NCBI RefSeq assembly: GCF_048593235.1
Contig: NC_133621.1
Location: 65,773,148-65,837,147 of the forward strand
Origin: Sminthopsis crassicaudata
Lineage: Eukaryota
DNA: 64,000 bases
Reading direction: 5' to 3'
This document shows positions 47,640-60,030 of this stretch, in pieces. Numbering within the stretch: position 1 is the first letter of the stretch; every line of letters begins with the position of its first letter. A program made the position numbers and the translations under genes. The notes under the pieces were generated by a model, which was given only the letters and a program-made list of their open reading frames with translations, did no database searches and had not been told where the DNA came from.

Positions 47640-48260
47640 GAACCTTAATCAATTGAATATTAAATACCTACTGTGTTCTAGGCAACATGCTGAGTGCTAG
47701 GAATTCAAAGCCCAAAGCAAAAATTCTGACTTTCAAATAAGATGTACACAAATAGATAAGCATTGGGAAACTGAAAGAGGAAAAATGCACTGTGTTGGGG
47801 GTGGTGTGAATGAACAGAGGGTAGAGTGGATCAGGAAGGTCTTCTTGGAAGAGAGGCTCTTGAACTGAGCCTTAATAGCCAATAAGAAATTTTAAAGGTG
47901 GGACTAAGGAAGTAGTATGTTCCGGGCCTGAGGGAAGCTTGAATGAACATAGGTAGCCAAAAGGTAGAATGTTTGAGTTCAGGGAACAGCTTGTAGCACT
48001 CATTGGCTGGAACAGAATGTGCATTAAAGAGTAATGTGAGTGAAATAAGGATTAAAGAATATCTTGGAACTAGATTTTCGGTGCCCTTAAATGATAGGTA
48101 ATTTATCCTGGAAGCAATAGGGAGCCACTGCAAGGAAATGACATGGTAAAATCTATGTCTTAAGACAATTTGGCAGAGGGGAGAGACTAGAAACAAAGAA
48201 AACAATTGGGAATCTACTAGTGAGAAGTGATGATATGAGCTGTAATTAAAGTGATGTAAA
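47640..48260 (-). mobile_element. L2 3' fragment
   Basis: TAAATACCTACTGTGTTCTAGGCA...TTGAACTGAGCCTT...GGGAGCCACTG. Confidence 0.75.
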
Positions 48261-48559
48261 TGATTTATTTTTATAATATTCCAAAACTTATCTACCCAGA
48301 TGAATTTTGTCCATCAAGTAGTCACTTTGGAAAGCCATGAACCTATTGCAGTGTATTGCCATTGCTCAAAACAGCTTCATAATCCTTTAAAATTAAGGGT
48401 CTATGTTTTTCTAAATATCTTTAGTAATGCCTCTCTTTGTTCTTTGAGAATAGATTTGATTTTCAGAAACAGAGACAAATCAGAAGCCATCTAAGTGAAT
48501 AGCTATAGATACTTGGAGACAATTTAACTTGGGACAAAAAAAGATTGCCACAGGATATG

Positions 48560-50050
48560 GCATATGGTATCCTAAAGATAGAAGGGTCCTAATCAAGAAA
48601 TCTCTCTAAAACATACCCAATAACCGGTCATCCAGTTGTCCTCTTGAAAACCTCCCTGGAGAGGAAATATTACTTCCCAAGACAGCCTATTCCACTTTTG
48701 AACAACTTTCTTATAAGTTTGCCCCTGCTTTACTTTGATCATTTCTATGTACCTGCAATCTCTTTGGTGTGAATATTCCTTCCACTGGTCCAGATTTTAT
48801 TGCCTTTTAATCCAATGTGATTCTTACCTGTGTTCTCCCATGGATCTTCCATAAACTACTTGTCCAGAATCCTGGAGATCTGCCTCTAAATCAATGCTAT
48901 GCTCAGGCTGGCCAGTACTTGCTTCCAATGCATAACCTAAGATTGAAGGACTTTAAATAAATTGCTCTATGTCAGATGCCAGATTTAAACTTGGAGACTC
49001 TGACTACAGAGCCATTGCATTTTGTAATGATGGAAAATATGTTTTAGCCTATTTGCTCTCATCCTGTGCCTCTCAGGTGCTCTTTGGATCACTTGCCAAT
49101 GTGATTCTTTTTTGTTTCATGAGTAACTCTACATTATATCACTAGTAGAAGACTGATGTTAATAAAAAAAACACAGTGGACTTTTGTGTCAGGGAATGGC
49201 TTGGATCATGAAAAATAGTGTATGATTTCCCAAATGTATGCTAACCCATTTTCCTTCCTTCTCTTCATTTCTGGGACCAATGCAATATCTACCTGCAATA
49301 CCTTTGCCAAATTGTTATGCTAATGGACTAACTCAGAGACCAGACCTTCAAAATTGTTTTTGTCCTTATCTGAATGAAAAGGATCTTTAATTTAGTTAGT
49401 TTTCCCAGTATAGATTTTTACATTGTTCTGAGTACTCATGGATCTCATTAAGGAGGTCTTAGAGGAGGTATGGGAAGATTTATATGAACTGATTCAAAGT
49501 GAAATGTGCAGAAGTATGAAAGCTACGTTTTATGCCTGGTAGAGTATTAGTAATTAGAGGGTCATTAGATGACAGTAACTTTCCTAGAATTTCATTTATC
49601 AAGAAAATGCATGCGAGACTCTTGTCAGAGAACTTATAATACCTGACATACGTAGACACTTAATAAATGTTTATTGAATTGAATTAAAGTTCTTTTCATT
49701 AAATCTAACTTTGTCTCTGTAATTTCTATCTGTTATGTCCTCTGGAGTATGAAAAATATATCTAATTCTTTTGTATAATAGCCCTTCAGATATTTGAAGA
49801 TAGCTATTATATCCCTCCTCATATCTCCTCTACTCCATGTTAAAAATTTCCATTTCTTCCCAACTGATTCTCTTATGGCTTTTCTGATCTCCCTACCACC
49901 AAGATCAGCTCTTTTAGACCAATTCCACCTGGAAACTGGCGTGTCAAAAAAAGGTGTCAAAAAGTGAAATACTACAGATTTGATTAAGGCAGAATATAAT
50001 TAATAGGAGCATCACTATCTTTATTCTGTACACTGTCTTTCTTAATATCA
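48560..50050 (-). mobile_element. L3/CR1 3' relic in two pieces (about 48560-48730 and 49690-50050)
   Basis: GGTCATCCAG..CTCTTGAAAACCTCC, and ORF 49733-49960 RGDMRRDIIAIFKYLKG, the CR1 RT C-terminal motif. Confidence 0.75.
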
Positions 50051-50361
50051 TATAAAATCAGACTGTTGGTTTTCTTTTTAAAGCTACTCTATTTCTTAGT
50101 GTCAATAAATAAAGTAATGAGGTAATTTTTTTTCATTTAGAAACTAGATTTGTAGGTGATCCTGACATCCCCAAATGTTTTGAACAACAACTCATGACTT
50201 CCCAAGGTGATAGCTTTGAAGCTGATGATTTCAGTTATAGTGTATAAGTGCTAATATCATATGTTTGTATGTCATTTAGATATTGGTCCTGTTTGAATTA
50301 TCCCTCTTAGAGCTGTTGGGTGTTTCTTAAATTCCAATTGGTGAGAACATATGGGACCTTA

Positions 50362-50364
50362 TAC

Positions 50365-50395
<31 letters not shown>

Positions 50396-50412
50396 CATAT
50401 ATATGTATATGA
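50362..50412. repeat. (TA)n microsatellite
   Basis: Direct reading. Confidence 0.9.
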
Positions 50413-50494
50413 TGTAATATTATTTATAGACTTGGTCACCATACCAAGGACCTAAACTCTGCCAAGAAAGTTGAACTTGGATAGTTTCAATCCT

Positions 50495-50705
50495 AAGCAG
50501 CATAGCATAGAGGAAGGAGAACTGGCTTTGAAGCCAGGAAGGACTCGGTTTAAGTCCCAGCTCTGCCACGTACTGGCTGTCACAACCTCTTAATGCTTAA
50601 GGCAGCTGTCTAGGATTTTAAGTCACAGAGAAGGTGCTGACCTACATTGGTAGAGGGAGTTTCCTATACCATTGCACTCATGGGTCTAATCCTTATCCTT
50701 ATCCT
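50495..50705 (+). mobile_element. CORE-SINE with RTE-like tail (WALLSI4/Mar3 type)
   Basis: CAGAGAAGGTGCTGACCTACATTGGTAGAGGGAGTTTCC...ATCCTTATCC tail. Confidence 0.75.
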
Positions 50706-50710
50706 TAGAT

Positions 50711-51154
50711 CAGGAGTTCTTAACCTGGGGTTTGTGAAATTAAAAAAAAAATATATATGTGTATATATAGCTATACATGTATATATAGCTATTTTAATAA
50801 AATTAATTTCCTTTGTAATCCTATATATTTTATTTTATGCAATTCATATTAGTCACCATCTATATAACACTTTAAAGTGCTGTACAAATATCTCATTTGT
50901 TTCCCACAACAACTCTGGGGTGGGGATTAGATAACTATGATTTTTATTTTACAGATGAGGAAATTGAGGCAGCTATTGGTTAAGTGACATACTCAGGATC
51001 CACAGTTAGTAAGTGTCTGAGGTTAGACTTGAATTCTGGTCTTCCTGATTTTGGATTCTGTATTCTATCCATTGTGCCACAGAGCCCAGTAGATTCTTGG
51101 GCTTCCCCAGATTTCCATAGTAGTCCACAGCACATAAAAGGTTAAGATTCTTTG
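50711..51154 (+). mobile_element. hAT-Charlie-like MITE split by a minus-strand MIR (about 50845-51085)
   Basis: CAGGAGTTCTTAACCTGGGG start, internal TTTCCTTTGTAATCCTATATATTTTATTTTATGCA, and AAAGGTTAAGA end. Confidence 0.6.
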
Positions 51155-51289
51155 CAGGATTGTCAGTGTTAACAAAAAAGATCTGAATGAAAGTCTACTT
51201 GATAACTTGGAAGAACTTGTTTTCTGGAAGGAACAAGAATTATGGTTAAAACTATATAATAAAAACTAAGCTTTCCTGGTCACATTCTC

Positions 51290-51728
51290 TAAAATGGCTC
51301 CCCCTCCTGGTAAACAATTCCTATAGATAGCAATTCTGTTTTCCTGGTCACCAAGACAGAAAACTTGGTATCATCTTTGACTTCTTTTCACACACCATGT
51401 TTAATCACTGGCCAAGTCCTATAGATTCTCTTTTTTGTTTTTATTTTTGACCATGTCATTATCCATTGTCATCCTTCCTGCTTCCACCATCCTATTGTTC
51501 TTATTGCCTCTTCTCTCAATTACTTCATAGCCTCCTGGCTGACTTCCTCAACTCCAAGACTTTTCTCATCTCATATGTAGCTACCAAGCTAATTTTCCTG
51601 ATGGACAAACTTGTCCCTGACAGTCTTCCACCTAAAAGGCTCCAGTGTCACTCCTTGCTCACAAGATGGAGTCTAAACTACTTCTGGGATTCAAGACTCT
51701 TTGAAGTTGGGCTCCAACCCATCTTTCC
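51290..51728 (+). mobile_element. L2 fragment
   Basis: CTTGGTATCATCTTTGACT...AATAGCCTCCT-like text...CTCCAGTG.CACTCC. Confidence 0.7.
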
Positions 51729-51875
51729 NNNNNNNNNNNNNNNNNNNNNNNNNNNNNNNNNNNNNNNNNNNNNNNNNNNNNNNNNNNNNNNNNNNNNNNN
51801 NNNNNNNNNNNNNNNNNNNNNNNNNNNNNNNNNNNNNNNNNNNNNNNNNNNNNNNNNNNNNNNNNNNNNNNNNNN
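51729..51875. other. assembly gap followed by (CTTC)n and TA/CA repeats to about 52050
   Basis: N run, then simple repeats. Confidence 1.
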
Positions 51876-52479
51876 CTCTTCTCCCCCTCCATCCCTCCTT
51901 TTTTCTTCTTCCCTTCCTTTCTTTCTTTCCTTCCTTCCTTCCTCTTTCTTATACACATATATGTTAGTCTACACATATACACATACACATGTATGTGTAT
52001 GTATACATACACATATAAACATGCATGTATATATAGAGATAATTATAATATCTATATATTTTAATATCTTATTTGTTGAGGAAGTGAAAAATCTTTTCTC
52101 TTCCACATCTATCTATCTTGCCCATCATTGGAGTCCTGGATCAGGTTCTATGTCCTTGGTGAAGCCTTCCTTGAGCTTTGTGGCCACAACTTCCTTCTCT
52201 TCCAAAGGTCAGTGTCACTGTGTAGCACTGGATGTTACAAGGTCACAATGTATCACCAGCCCAGTCTTGTGAGGCAGACAGAATAAGGAATCTCATGGTT
52301 TTACAAAAGAAAGAACTGAGCTTGGAGTCTAGGACACTTGGCCAGGGACATAAAGGGACTGTATCTCAAACTACAAAGCAGGCAGAAAAATGCAGCCTGG
52401 CTGATGGGGTCTGTCTGAACATTTGCAAGATATTTTCACCTATTTTGTGTAGTCTTGAACCTTGCAAGTTCATTGCATC

Positions 52480-52660
52480 TTAGGAGCATAGATTTTGAGC
52501 TAAAAGAGACCTTACAAATCATTGAATCTAACTCCCTCACTTTATAGATGAGGAAACTGAGTCTGAGAGATATTAAGTGCATAGCCATCATGTATGTGGA
52601 AGCAAGATATGAATTCAGGTCCTCCTGACCCTGAGCCAACTCTAACCACCAACAACAAAC
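52480..52660 (-). mobile_element. MIR3
   Basis: CATAGATTTTGAGCTAAAAGAGACC...ATAGATGAGGAAACTGAG. Confidence 0.75.
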
Positions 52661-53479
52661 TCGCCACTTCTTAAAACTCTATATTTTGACACTTGTTTCA
52701 AGAAAAGTGAGGAGTAATATTCAGCTGTCTGGGAGAACTGATTTATGTTGGCTAAATTTAAAACACTGGGAAATTTAATTTCCAAGCAAACTAGAATACT
52801 CACACACGGTATACATATTCATTTCCCAATTACCTGGGGAGTTAAGTCAGTATCCAGAAGATGTCTTGGAGGACAGAACCTCTGTAAATGAGGTGATCTC
52901 AATGGACAGTGATAGGCTGGTGCATTAATCTCTACTGTAGATGTGTACCTGCAAAGTGGAATGAAGTGTGCCCTCCAGGTATCCTTTTCCATGGACTTTG
53001 AGCAGTTTCCAGAGGCACTTTGAGCAGTTTCTAATCATTGACTTTTCAGAATTCCCAAGATTAGTTTCTTGAAATACATTGATTATGCCATCCCAATTGG
53101 GGTTTTTTAATCACAGATTATTAGTATTGAAAGGAAACTTAGAACTCATTTAGCCTAAATGCCTTCCCCCTCCCCCTCCTTATTCTACAGCTATGGAAAC
53201 TGAATTCCAGAATTATTTCAAGTCAAATGACAAGTGTTAGAATTTGAACTCAGGATAACTAGTTCCAAGTCCATTGCTTTCAGCTGCACTCAACCATGTT
53301 ACCTGTCTTTGGAAGTTTCTTGAGATTTGGGGAACATCCTAGTCCCCGATGGAATCCAGAAGCTCCCTATTCTCTTCTTTTCCCTACTTATACATTCTCT
53401 GGTTTATCTCCATTATTTAAGTTGTTCCTTATTTACATCAGTTTCCAAGGGGATCATTTTCTCACCTTGTGAATGAGAG

Positions 53480-53834
53480 CAGAATGCTTAACTTTTTTAT
53501 GCCCGTGTTCTGGACTCTTTTGACTGTTTGGTGAAATCTATGGCCCATTCCTCAAAATAATGTTCTTAAATGAATAATATAAAGTATATAGGATTAACAA
53601 TGGAAATCGATTTTTTTTTTATGGTGAGGCAGCTGGGGTTAAGTGACTTGGCCAGGGTCACACAGCTAATATGTGTTGTCTGAGCCTGGATTTGAAATCA
53701 GGTTCTCCTAACTCTAGGACCTGTGCTCTGTCCACTGCACTATCTAGTCACCCCTGAAACCATTCATATTGAAATATCATTATCCAAATCTATATGCTTT
53801 TTAAAAGCTTATGAGCCCCAGACTAAAAACCTTG
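53480..53834 (-). mobile_element. hAT-Charlie-like MITE, same family as 50711 in opposite orientation
   Basis: GCTTAACTTTTTT...TGGTGAAATCTATGG..CCTCAAAATAATGTT...ATAGGATT...ATATTGAAATA...CCCCAG. Confidence 0.65.
53611..53754 (-). mobile_element. WSINE1-type SINE nested in the MITE
   Basis: GGGGTTAAGTGACTTGGCCAGGGTCACACAGCT...TTTGAAATCAGG...TCCACTGCAC. Confidence 0.88.
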
Positions 53835-53889
53835 TCCCAGAGGTTTATTCTGTGAGGCACCTGTAACCCATCCTCCTAAGTCACACAAT

Positions 53890-54370
53890 CCATATAATTT
53901 GAGTACCTATCTCCTCTACTAATGCCTAAGCTCCTTGGGGCAGAGACTAAATTTTATTTATCTTTGTATACCTTGAACAGCTTTACTTTGTGACCTTATA
54001 TCTAGCAGTGACTTAATAAATATTCACTTGATGAATAAAGGATATGTAATGATTAAAATACAAAATTTAATTCAACTGACATTTTTTTAGCACTTGCTAT
54101 TTGTAAGAGAGTTCAATTCAATGAACATTTATTAAGCACCTACTATGTGCCAGACATTGTGCTGAACACTGGGAATACACTACAACACAGTCCCTGCTCT
54201 CAAGGCCTAATGAAAAAAGATAACACATGAAAAAGAAACTGAGGAAGGAATGCTTTGCTCTGCCCTCCAGCCCCAAAATCAGAAGGCCAGAGGCTTAAGT
54301 ATCACTATTGGCCTGGGATGTTGTATTTGCTGGTGATGAGCTTTGCAGGGATCATGATCATGGTAGAATC
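53890..54370. mobile_element. L2 3' ends (+, about 53890-54030; -, about 54112-54370)
   Basis: AAGCTCCTTGGGGCAGAG, and CATTTATTAAGCACCTACTATGTGCCAG. Confidence 0.75.
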
Positions 54371-54399
54371 AAATCCTAGGAATCCAGCTAGTAGAGCAT

Positions 54400-54700
54400 G
54401 GTAGAATGGAGTAGTGGATAGAGAGCCACTTCAAAGCCAGGAAGACCTAGCTGTGTAATCTTTGTCAAGTCATTTAAATTCTCCATTCTCCAGATATTTC
54501 TCTAAGGTGCTAAATTACAGAGCAGGTGTCAACTTGAATTAAAAGAGGGAGTTTCCCCATTTGAGAGGGGAATTATTCTCCACATCCCTGTTATCCTTAT
54601 CCCTCTTTTCATCCTCATTCTTTCCCCATTCCCAATCCTAATCCCCATCTCCATCCATCTCCCATTCCCATCTCTATCTCTATCTTTATCCCCACCCCTA
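54400..54700 (+). mobile_element. WALLSI4/Mar3-type SINE with an expanded (CCCAT/CTCTAT)n tail
   Basis: GGATAGAGAG...AGCCAGGAAGACCT...AGAGGGAGTTTCC, then a degenerate repeat tail. Confidence 0.65.
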
Positions 54701-54969
54701 CCATGGGGAGGACAGGCACTAAACCATAAAGTACAGAAGTTACAAAGTTCAGATAAGATATAGATTTAAGAAATTTATAGTCTAGTAGAGGATGACCAAA
54801 AAAACAAAACAAACAAACAAAAAAAAAACTTGAATATAGATCAATACGCAAGTATTTTAAAGCCTTCCCTCCTTTCCAAAGTCTAAAGATCTTGGGGACA
54901 GTGGGGAGGATGCAATTTGGGTGGGAAGGGATTAGTTACTCTCCAGAAAGCCCTCAGGAAAGAGGCTGT

Positions 54970-55240
54970 GCTTGAATTGGACTTTAGAGGATGAGTCTTA
55001 AACCTCACTCTTTCTTCTGGAGCTATTTGAGTCCAGTGTCAAGATCAAAGTCAGAATGACTGGATGCAGTCACTTTTAAACTAAAAGGTCTTTTCCAGGT
55101 CTTAGATTGTCTGAGGCAACACCCTTTTAGTGATTAATGGTAAGTAAGAAAACTCTGCCTCACTTAAATCCAATTCACTTGGAAGTTATGACATCACCTT
55201 CTCTGGTTTTCAAGAATGAAGAATAAAAGACAATCACTAA
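54970..55240. mobile_element. WALLSI/RTE-derived SINE fragments in inverted arrangement
   Basis: Minus piece at about 54970-55150 followed by a plus piece at about 55151-55235, both carrying the GAATTGGA(T/C)TT segment. Confidence 0.6.
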
Positions 55241-55334
55241 TCTGGGAATATTAGTAGTTACCCCACAGTGGATACAATTAGCTATGCAGTTTCTCCTTCC
55301 TTCCCTCCCTCCCTTCATCCCTCCCTCCCTTCAT

Positions 55335-55765
55335 NNNNNNNNNNNNNNNNNNNNNNNNNNNNNNNNNNNNNNNNNNNNNNNNNNNNNNNNNNNNNNNNNN
55401 NNNNNNNNNNNNNNNNNNNNNNNNNNNNNNNNNNNNNNNNNNNNNNNNNNNNNNNNNNNNNNNNNNNNNNNNNNNNNNNNNNNNNNNNNNNNNNNNNNNN
55501 NNNNNNNNNNNNNNNNNNNNNNNNNNNNNNNNNNNNNNNNNNNNNNNNNNNNNNNNNNNNNNNNNNNNNNNNNNNNNNNNNNNNNNNNNNNNNNNNNNNN
55601 NNNNNNNNNNNNNNNNNNNNNNNNNNNNNNNNNNNNNNNNNNNNNNNNNNNNNNNNNNNNNNNNNNNNNNNNNNNNNNNNNNNNNNNNNNNNNNNNNNNN
55701 NNNNNNNNNNNNNNNNNNNNNNNNNNNNNNNNNNNNNNNNNNNNNNNNNNNNNNNNNNNNNNNNN
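55335..55765. other. assembly gap, preceded by (CCCT)n and followed by a WALLSI-type 3' end (about 55775-55860)
   Basis: N run, then TCACTTAAATC...GAAGGACAACTACAATAACAA. Confidence 0.95.
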
Positions 55766-56380
55766 TTTGTAGAACTTTTCTCACTTAAATCTATACATGA
55801 CATCACCTTCTCCAGTGTGAATGTCCTCTTCAAAAATGAAGGACAACTACAATAACAAAAATGGATGATTAGGATTTCATCAGATGGAAGGGGAGGTTGC
55901 CGGACAACATTCCAGACAAAGGGAACAGCATGCACCAAGGCAGAAAGAAAGTATAGGGTTCATACAGGGGACATTTTGGCTGGAAAGTTGACTACATAAT
56001 TAGAAATATGAGATAAGAGAGAAAACATATTTTCCTGGATTTTTAAAAAAGAACCTATTTATTAAGCACACCACAATAATGTCATGTCAATTGCTTATAG
56101 GAGAAGATAATTGCTAGAAAGATAACAGTGGTAGTTAGTGTTGAGAGAAATCATATCTGATGCCTGCAGCTTTTTCCAGCATGTTGTATTATATATATTC
56201 TTTGTCTTGCTTATCCATCTTTATCAGGTTTTATAAATATTATTCATTTGTAGTCCAGTTATCACCATGGTAGTTATTTGTTATTATCATATAATGAATA
56301 ACAAATGATAATTATATAGCACTTTCCCATTTCCAACATATTTTTTCATAGTAGCCTTTTGGCAAGACACTGAATTTTCT

Positions 56381-56715
56381 TTTTTTTTTAAGGTTTAATG
56401 TTTTTTCACAGTATATATGCATGAGTAACTTTTTTTATAATATTATCCCTTGTATTCATTTTTCCAAATTACCCCCCCTCCCTCCATTCCCTCCCCCCGA
56501 TGACAGGCAATCCCATACATTTTACATGTGCTACAATAAAACCCAGATACAATATATGTGTGTAAATACCATTTTCTTGTTGCACATTAAGCATTAGATT
56601 CCGAAGGTATAAGTAACCTGGGTAGACAGACAGCAGTGCTAACAATTAACATTCACTTCCCAGTGTTCCTTCTCTGGGTGTAGTTATTTCTGTCCATCAT
56701 TGATCAACTGGAAGT
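56381..56715 (-). mobile_element. young 5'-truncated L1 with TSD
   Basis: TCACAGTATATATGCATGAG...GATGACAGGCAATCCC...CAACTGGAAGT with CpGs retained. TSD GACACTGAATTTTCT (56366-56380) / GACACTCAATTTTCT (56716-56730). Confidence 0.92.
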
Positions 56716-57944
56716 GACACTCAATTTTCTAAGCTCCAGAGAAAAAAGGGGAAAAACCCTTATTACTGAAAAAGACCAAAACCCTAGATGATCATACAGC
56801 TCATGGTCACCCAGGAGATCAAGTATATATTTATAACTGAGGACTCAATTGATGTTATTGAATGCCCAAAGTTCTAAGTACCCATGAGAAGACACGGTCA
56901 AAGTTTTTTTAAAAATAAGTTTTTTTGATACTTTTGGTTTTTACATAAAATTGTTGTTAGTTTCACAGAATCCAGCTTTCTTTTAATAATTTCATTGCAT
57001 TTGTGGTTACTGGATATTGTTTTTGTTTTTTTTTGTTCTGCCTACTTTTCCTTGAATCCATTCATACAAAAAATTCCTTAGTCACAATTTCTGACTATTC
57101 AATTGATTATTCCTAGTTTGCAATTCTTTGTTAACATACTGTTTATATTCTTTAGCTACTTATCTATTGCAAAAATGTCTCTTGGCCTAATACATTTGTG
57201 TATGTATGTGTGTGTATCTTTATATATCTTGTATATCAAACTTTTCTTCGTGATAACTGGTTGCAAATATTTTTCCCTATTTGTTACTTTCTTTTCTGCC
57301 TTTATTAATTTTATTCCTAAAAAAAGTTTTGTTTTGTTTTGTTTTTGTCTAAGTTTGTGAATTCTTCAGTGTAAGAAGCTCCCTGTTATGGAAACTCTAT
57401 TACTGCAGATCAATCAATATCAATCAATAAACATTTATTAAAATATCTACTATGTGCTAGAAAGTTTCTGAGATAAACAAACTGATCTAGTATCAGAGTT
57501 TTTCTAAAGGACACTGAGAACTTAAGTGTCTTGCTCAGGATTACATGGCCACTATATGTCAGAGGCTGGACTCAAATTCCAACTCATCCTGACCTCGAGG
57601 GCTACCTTTTCTCTATTATCCCATGCTGCTGCTCCTTTTAATTTTATGTCATCAGAATTATCTATGTTGTCTCTTCAGATCACCTCTCTTGTTGGGCCTA
57701 AAATTCTCCTCTTCTCCAGAGTTGTAAAAGCTATCTCCTGCCATTTTCCTCATCACTTTCATTCACAGAGGAGCCGTTGACTTTGAGACTTTTAGGTACA
57801 GAATTCACAGACTAGACCCAAGACTGTCTAATTTTGTCTCCAGACAGAGTGCTGGTTTGTTTAATACATGACATTGTTTTCTTGTTTGTTGTCTCATAGC
57901 TTAGGAAATCAGAAAACTTCTTGTCATTGTTAGGAAAATGTTGG

Positions 57945-58155
57945 AGAGGCAGCCTGCCAAAGCAGCTAGAGGGCTCAACTTGGAATCTGGAAGGCCAGGT
58001 ACAAATCATGCCTCAGGCATCTGTAAGCTGTGAGATTGGGCCAGAACCCCAAATAACTAACTCTCAAGTCACAGATGACTCTAGTCACAGATGAGTTGTC
58101 AGTCAACATCATTGAACGGCACTTCCAAGTTCTCCACACCATTGAAATCCCCACA
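57945..58155 (+). mobile_element. old CORE-SINE (WALLSI4/Mar3 type)
   Basis: GGCAGC head, TTGGAATCTGGAAG, and CCATTGAAATC tail. Confidence 0.5.
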
Positions 58156-59839
58156 CCAACAAGGAAAAAAAATAGAGAAAGTGTCATATGGTGTGTTTAA
58201 TTAGACCCTGACACAAGATCTATTAATTAGCCTTATGCTCATAGTGTAAACCCTTCCTTTTTAGTGTGCTTATATGTATGGATTTCTCAGGAAGAATAAA
58301 AGTATATTGACCTTGAATCAGAATGCGGAATGGGCAGCCAGAGAATTTATAAGGTTATACTGTTGGGAAACTGGAATGCTTAACTTTTAACAGTTCTTGC
58401 TATAAACTGGGTAGCAGTAATCTGCAGGAAGTAAAACCTATTATGGAACAGGACAAGGGATGTCACAAGTCAAACAAAAAAGAATATCTGAGAAAACAAC
58501 TGCATTTGCCAGATGGTTGGCTTTTTCCCCCCCTCTCTCCTCAAATTAGAAACCATGCACATGTATTTTTTTTCTTCCTATGGAAATGACAGTTTTATAG
58601 AGAAATGACAAAGGAATTGATGACGGATCCATCTTTCTCATTCATCTACTTCAATTTTACTCTGATTTAAGCTTTTTCTTCCTTTTTACATCCACTATTG
58701 CATCCAAGCAGAGCATATGTTTTAAGTCATGCGAGTACTCTCAGAGACAACCTGATATAATAAAGTACTGGACTGAAGGGCAGAAGACCTGTATTCAAAT
58801 CTTGCTTCTGACACTTGATAGATTTGTGACTCTGGAAGCAATAACTTGTTAATGCCTTAGGTAACTCCATTGGACTTAGTACAACTTAGTAAGAGATAAA
58901 AGTAAAAGCAGCTGGAGGGGTATAAAATGCTATATTTTTGTCTTTTCTCTCTGTCCCACAAATACTGTGTAGCTAAACACAACTTTCATCTTTTTCTGAA
59001 AATAGAAATAGTTCATATATGTGATTATATTTTCCTTTCTTGCAGAAACAATCTTACAAATTTGGTTTTAATAATGATAATAAAAAAATCTGGTTTTACT
59101 CAACTGAATTGAAGTTGGACAAGCCCAGAATAGCAGAGAGCAACAGTGAAGGTTGCACGAGGAATTCTATGTGCTATTACTTGTTCTTGATCTGATATTT
59201 TGCTGTGGGACACCAGTTAATGCCACAGGGGAGTTGTCTTCATGGGAGAAAAGAATGAAGTAAATGAGGCATCAGTGGGAGAAATAGACAGAAAAAAGAG
59301 TTAGTGAGTTTTTCTGAGGTAGAGTGATGACATTAGACTGAGGATCATTTGGCTTTAGGGAGTATAGGAAGGTGAAGAGGAGGAGGAGAAGAAAGAGAAA
59401 TAAAAGAAAGAGGAATAGGAAGAAGAGAAGGAGGAGAAAAACAACAACAATTAAATCCAGAAAAAAGCAATTAGAGGAATTCAGTTAAAGATGGAAAGGA
59501 ATTGCTTTTTAACCTTTCTTAAACTGAAAGAGGGAGAATTAGAATGAGCGCTTCCAGGTTTAGATTACAATATAAAGGAAGTTTCTCTTTATCATAAGTT
59601 GACAATGAACTTGAACTAAAGTTAGACTTTTTAGTTGGATGATTCTCTTGGCCCATAGGCTTACTATAAGATAATTACAATTTTAGTCAAATGTAATTGA
59701 CCAATGACAAACACAGAATATCTCCATTTAATATTATCTTGTCCATTTTTGATAGTGAAAGTGATCTTCAGATAGATTTTTATTAAATCATCTCAAAGTA
59801 TGTGTGCTTTTGAAAATATACACTAATTACATTAAAAGT

Positions 59840-60030
59840 CAACTCAATGTTGTGTGATCAAAGGCATGCTGGATTTAGATTCAGAGGACTTGGGAATGTA
59901 TCTTAGCATCTATTGGTTTGAATGTTGACAAATCAATTAACCTCTCTGAGTCTTGGTTTCTTCATCTGTAAAATTAGAATATTCAATGATGTGATCACTA
60001 AAGTTCTTTCTAACTCTAGGTCCTGTGATT
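59840..60030 (+). mobile_element. MIR3
   Basis: AACCTCTCTGAGTCTTGGTTTCTTCATCTGTAAAAT...TTCTTTCTAACTCTA. Confidence 0.7.

Noticed and set aside
7325-55938. Long ORFs containing X runs (for example 19078-19821, 51466-52272, 55268-55855)
   Set aside because: Artefacts of translating N gaps.
59046-59200. Strong acceptor TTTTCCTTTCTTGCAG
   Set aside because: Immediate stop in the MKEPL frame, no convincing donor and no recognisable peptide in other frames.
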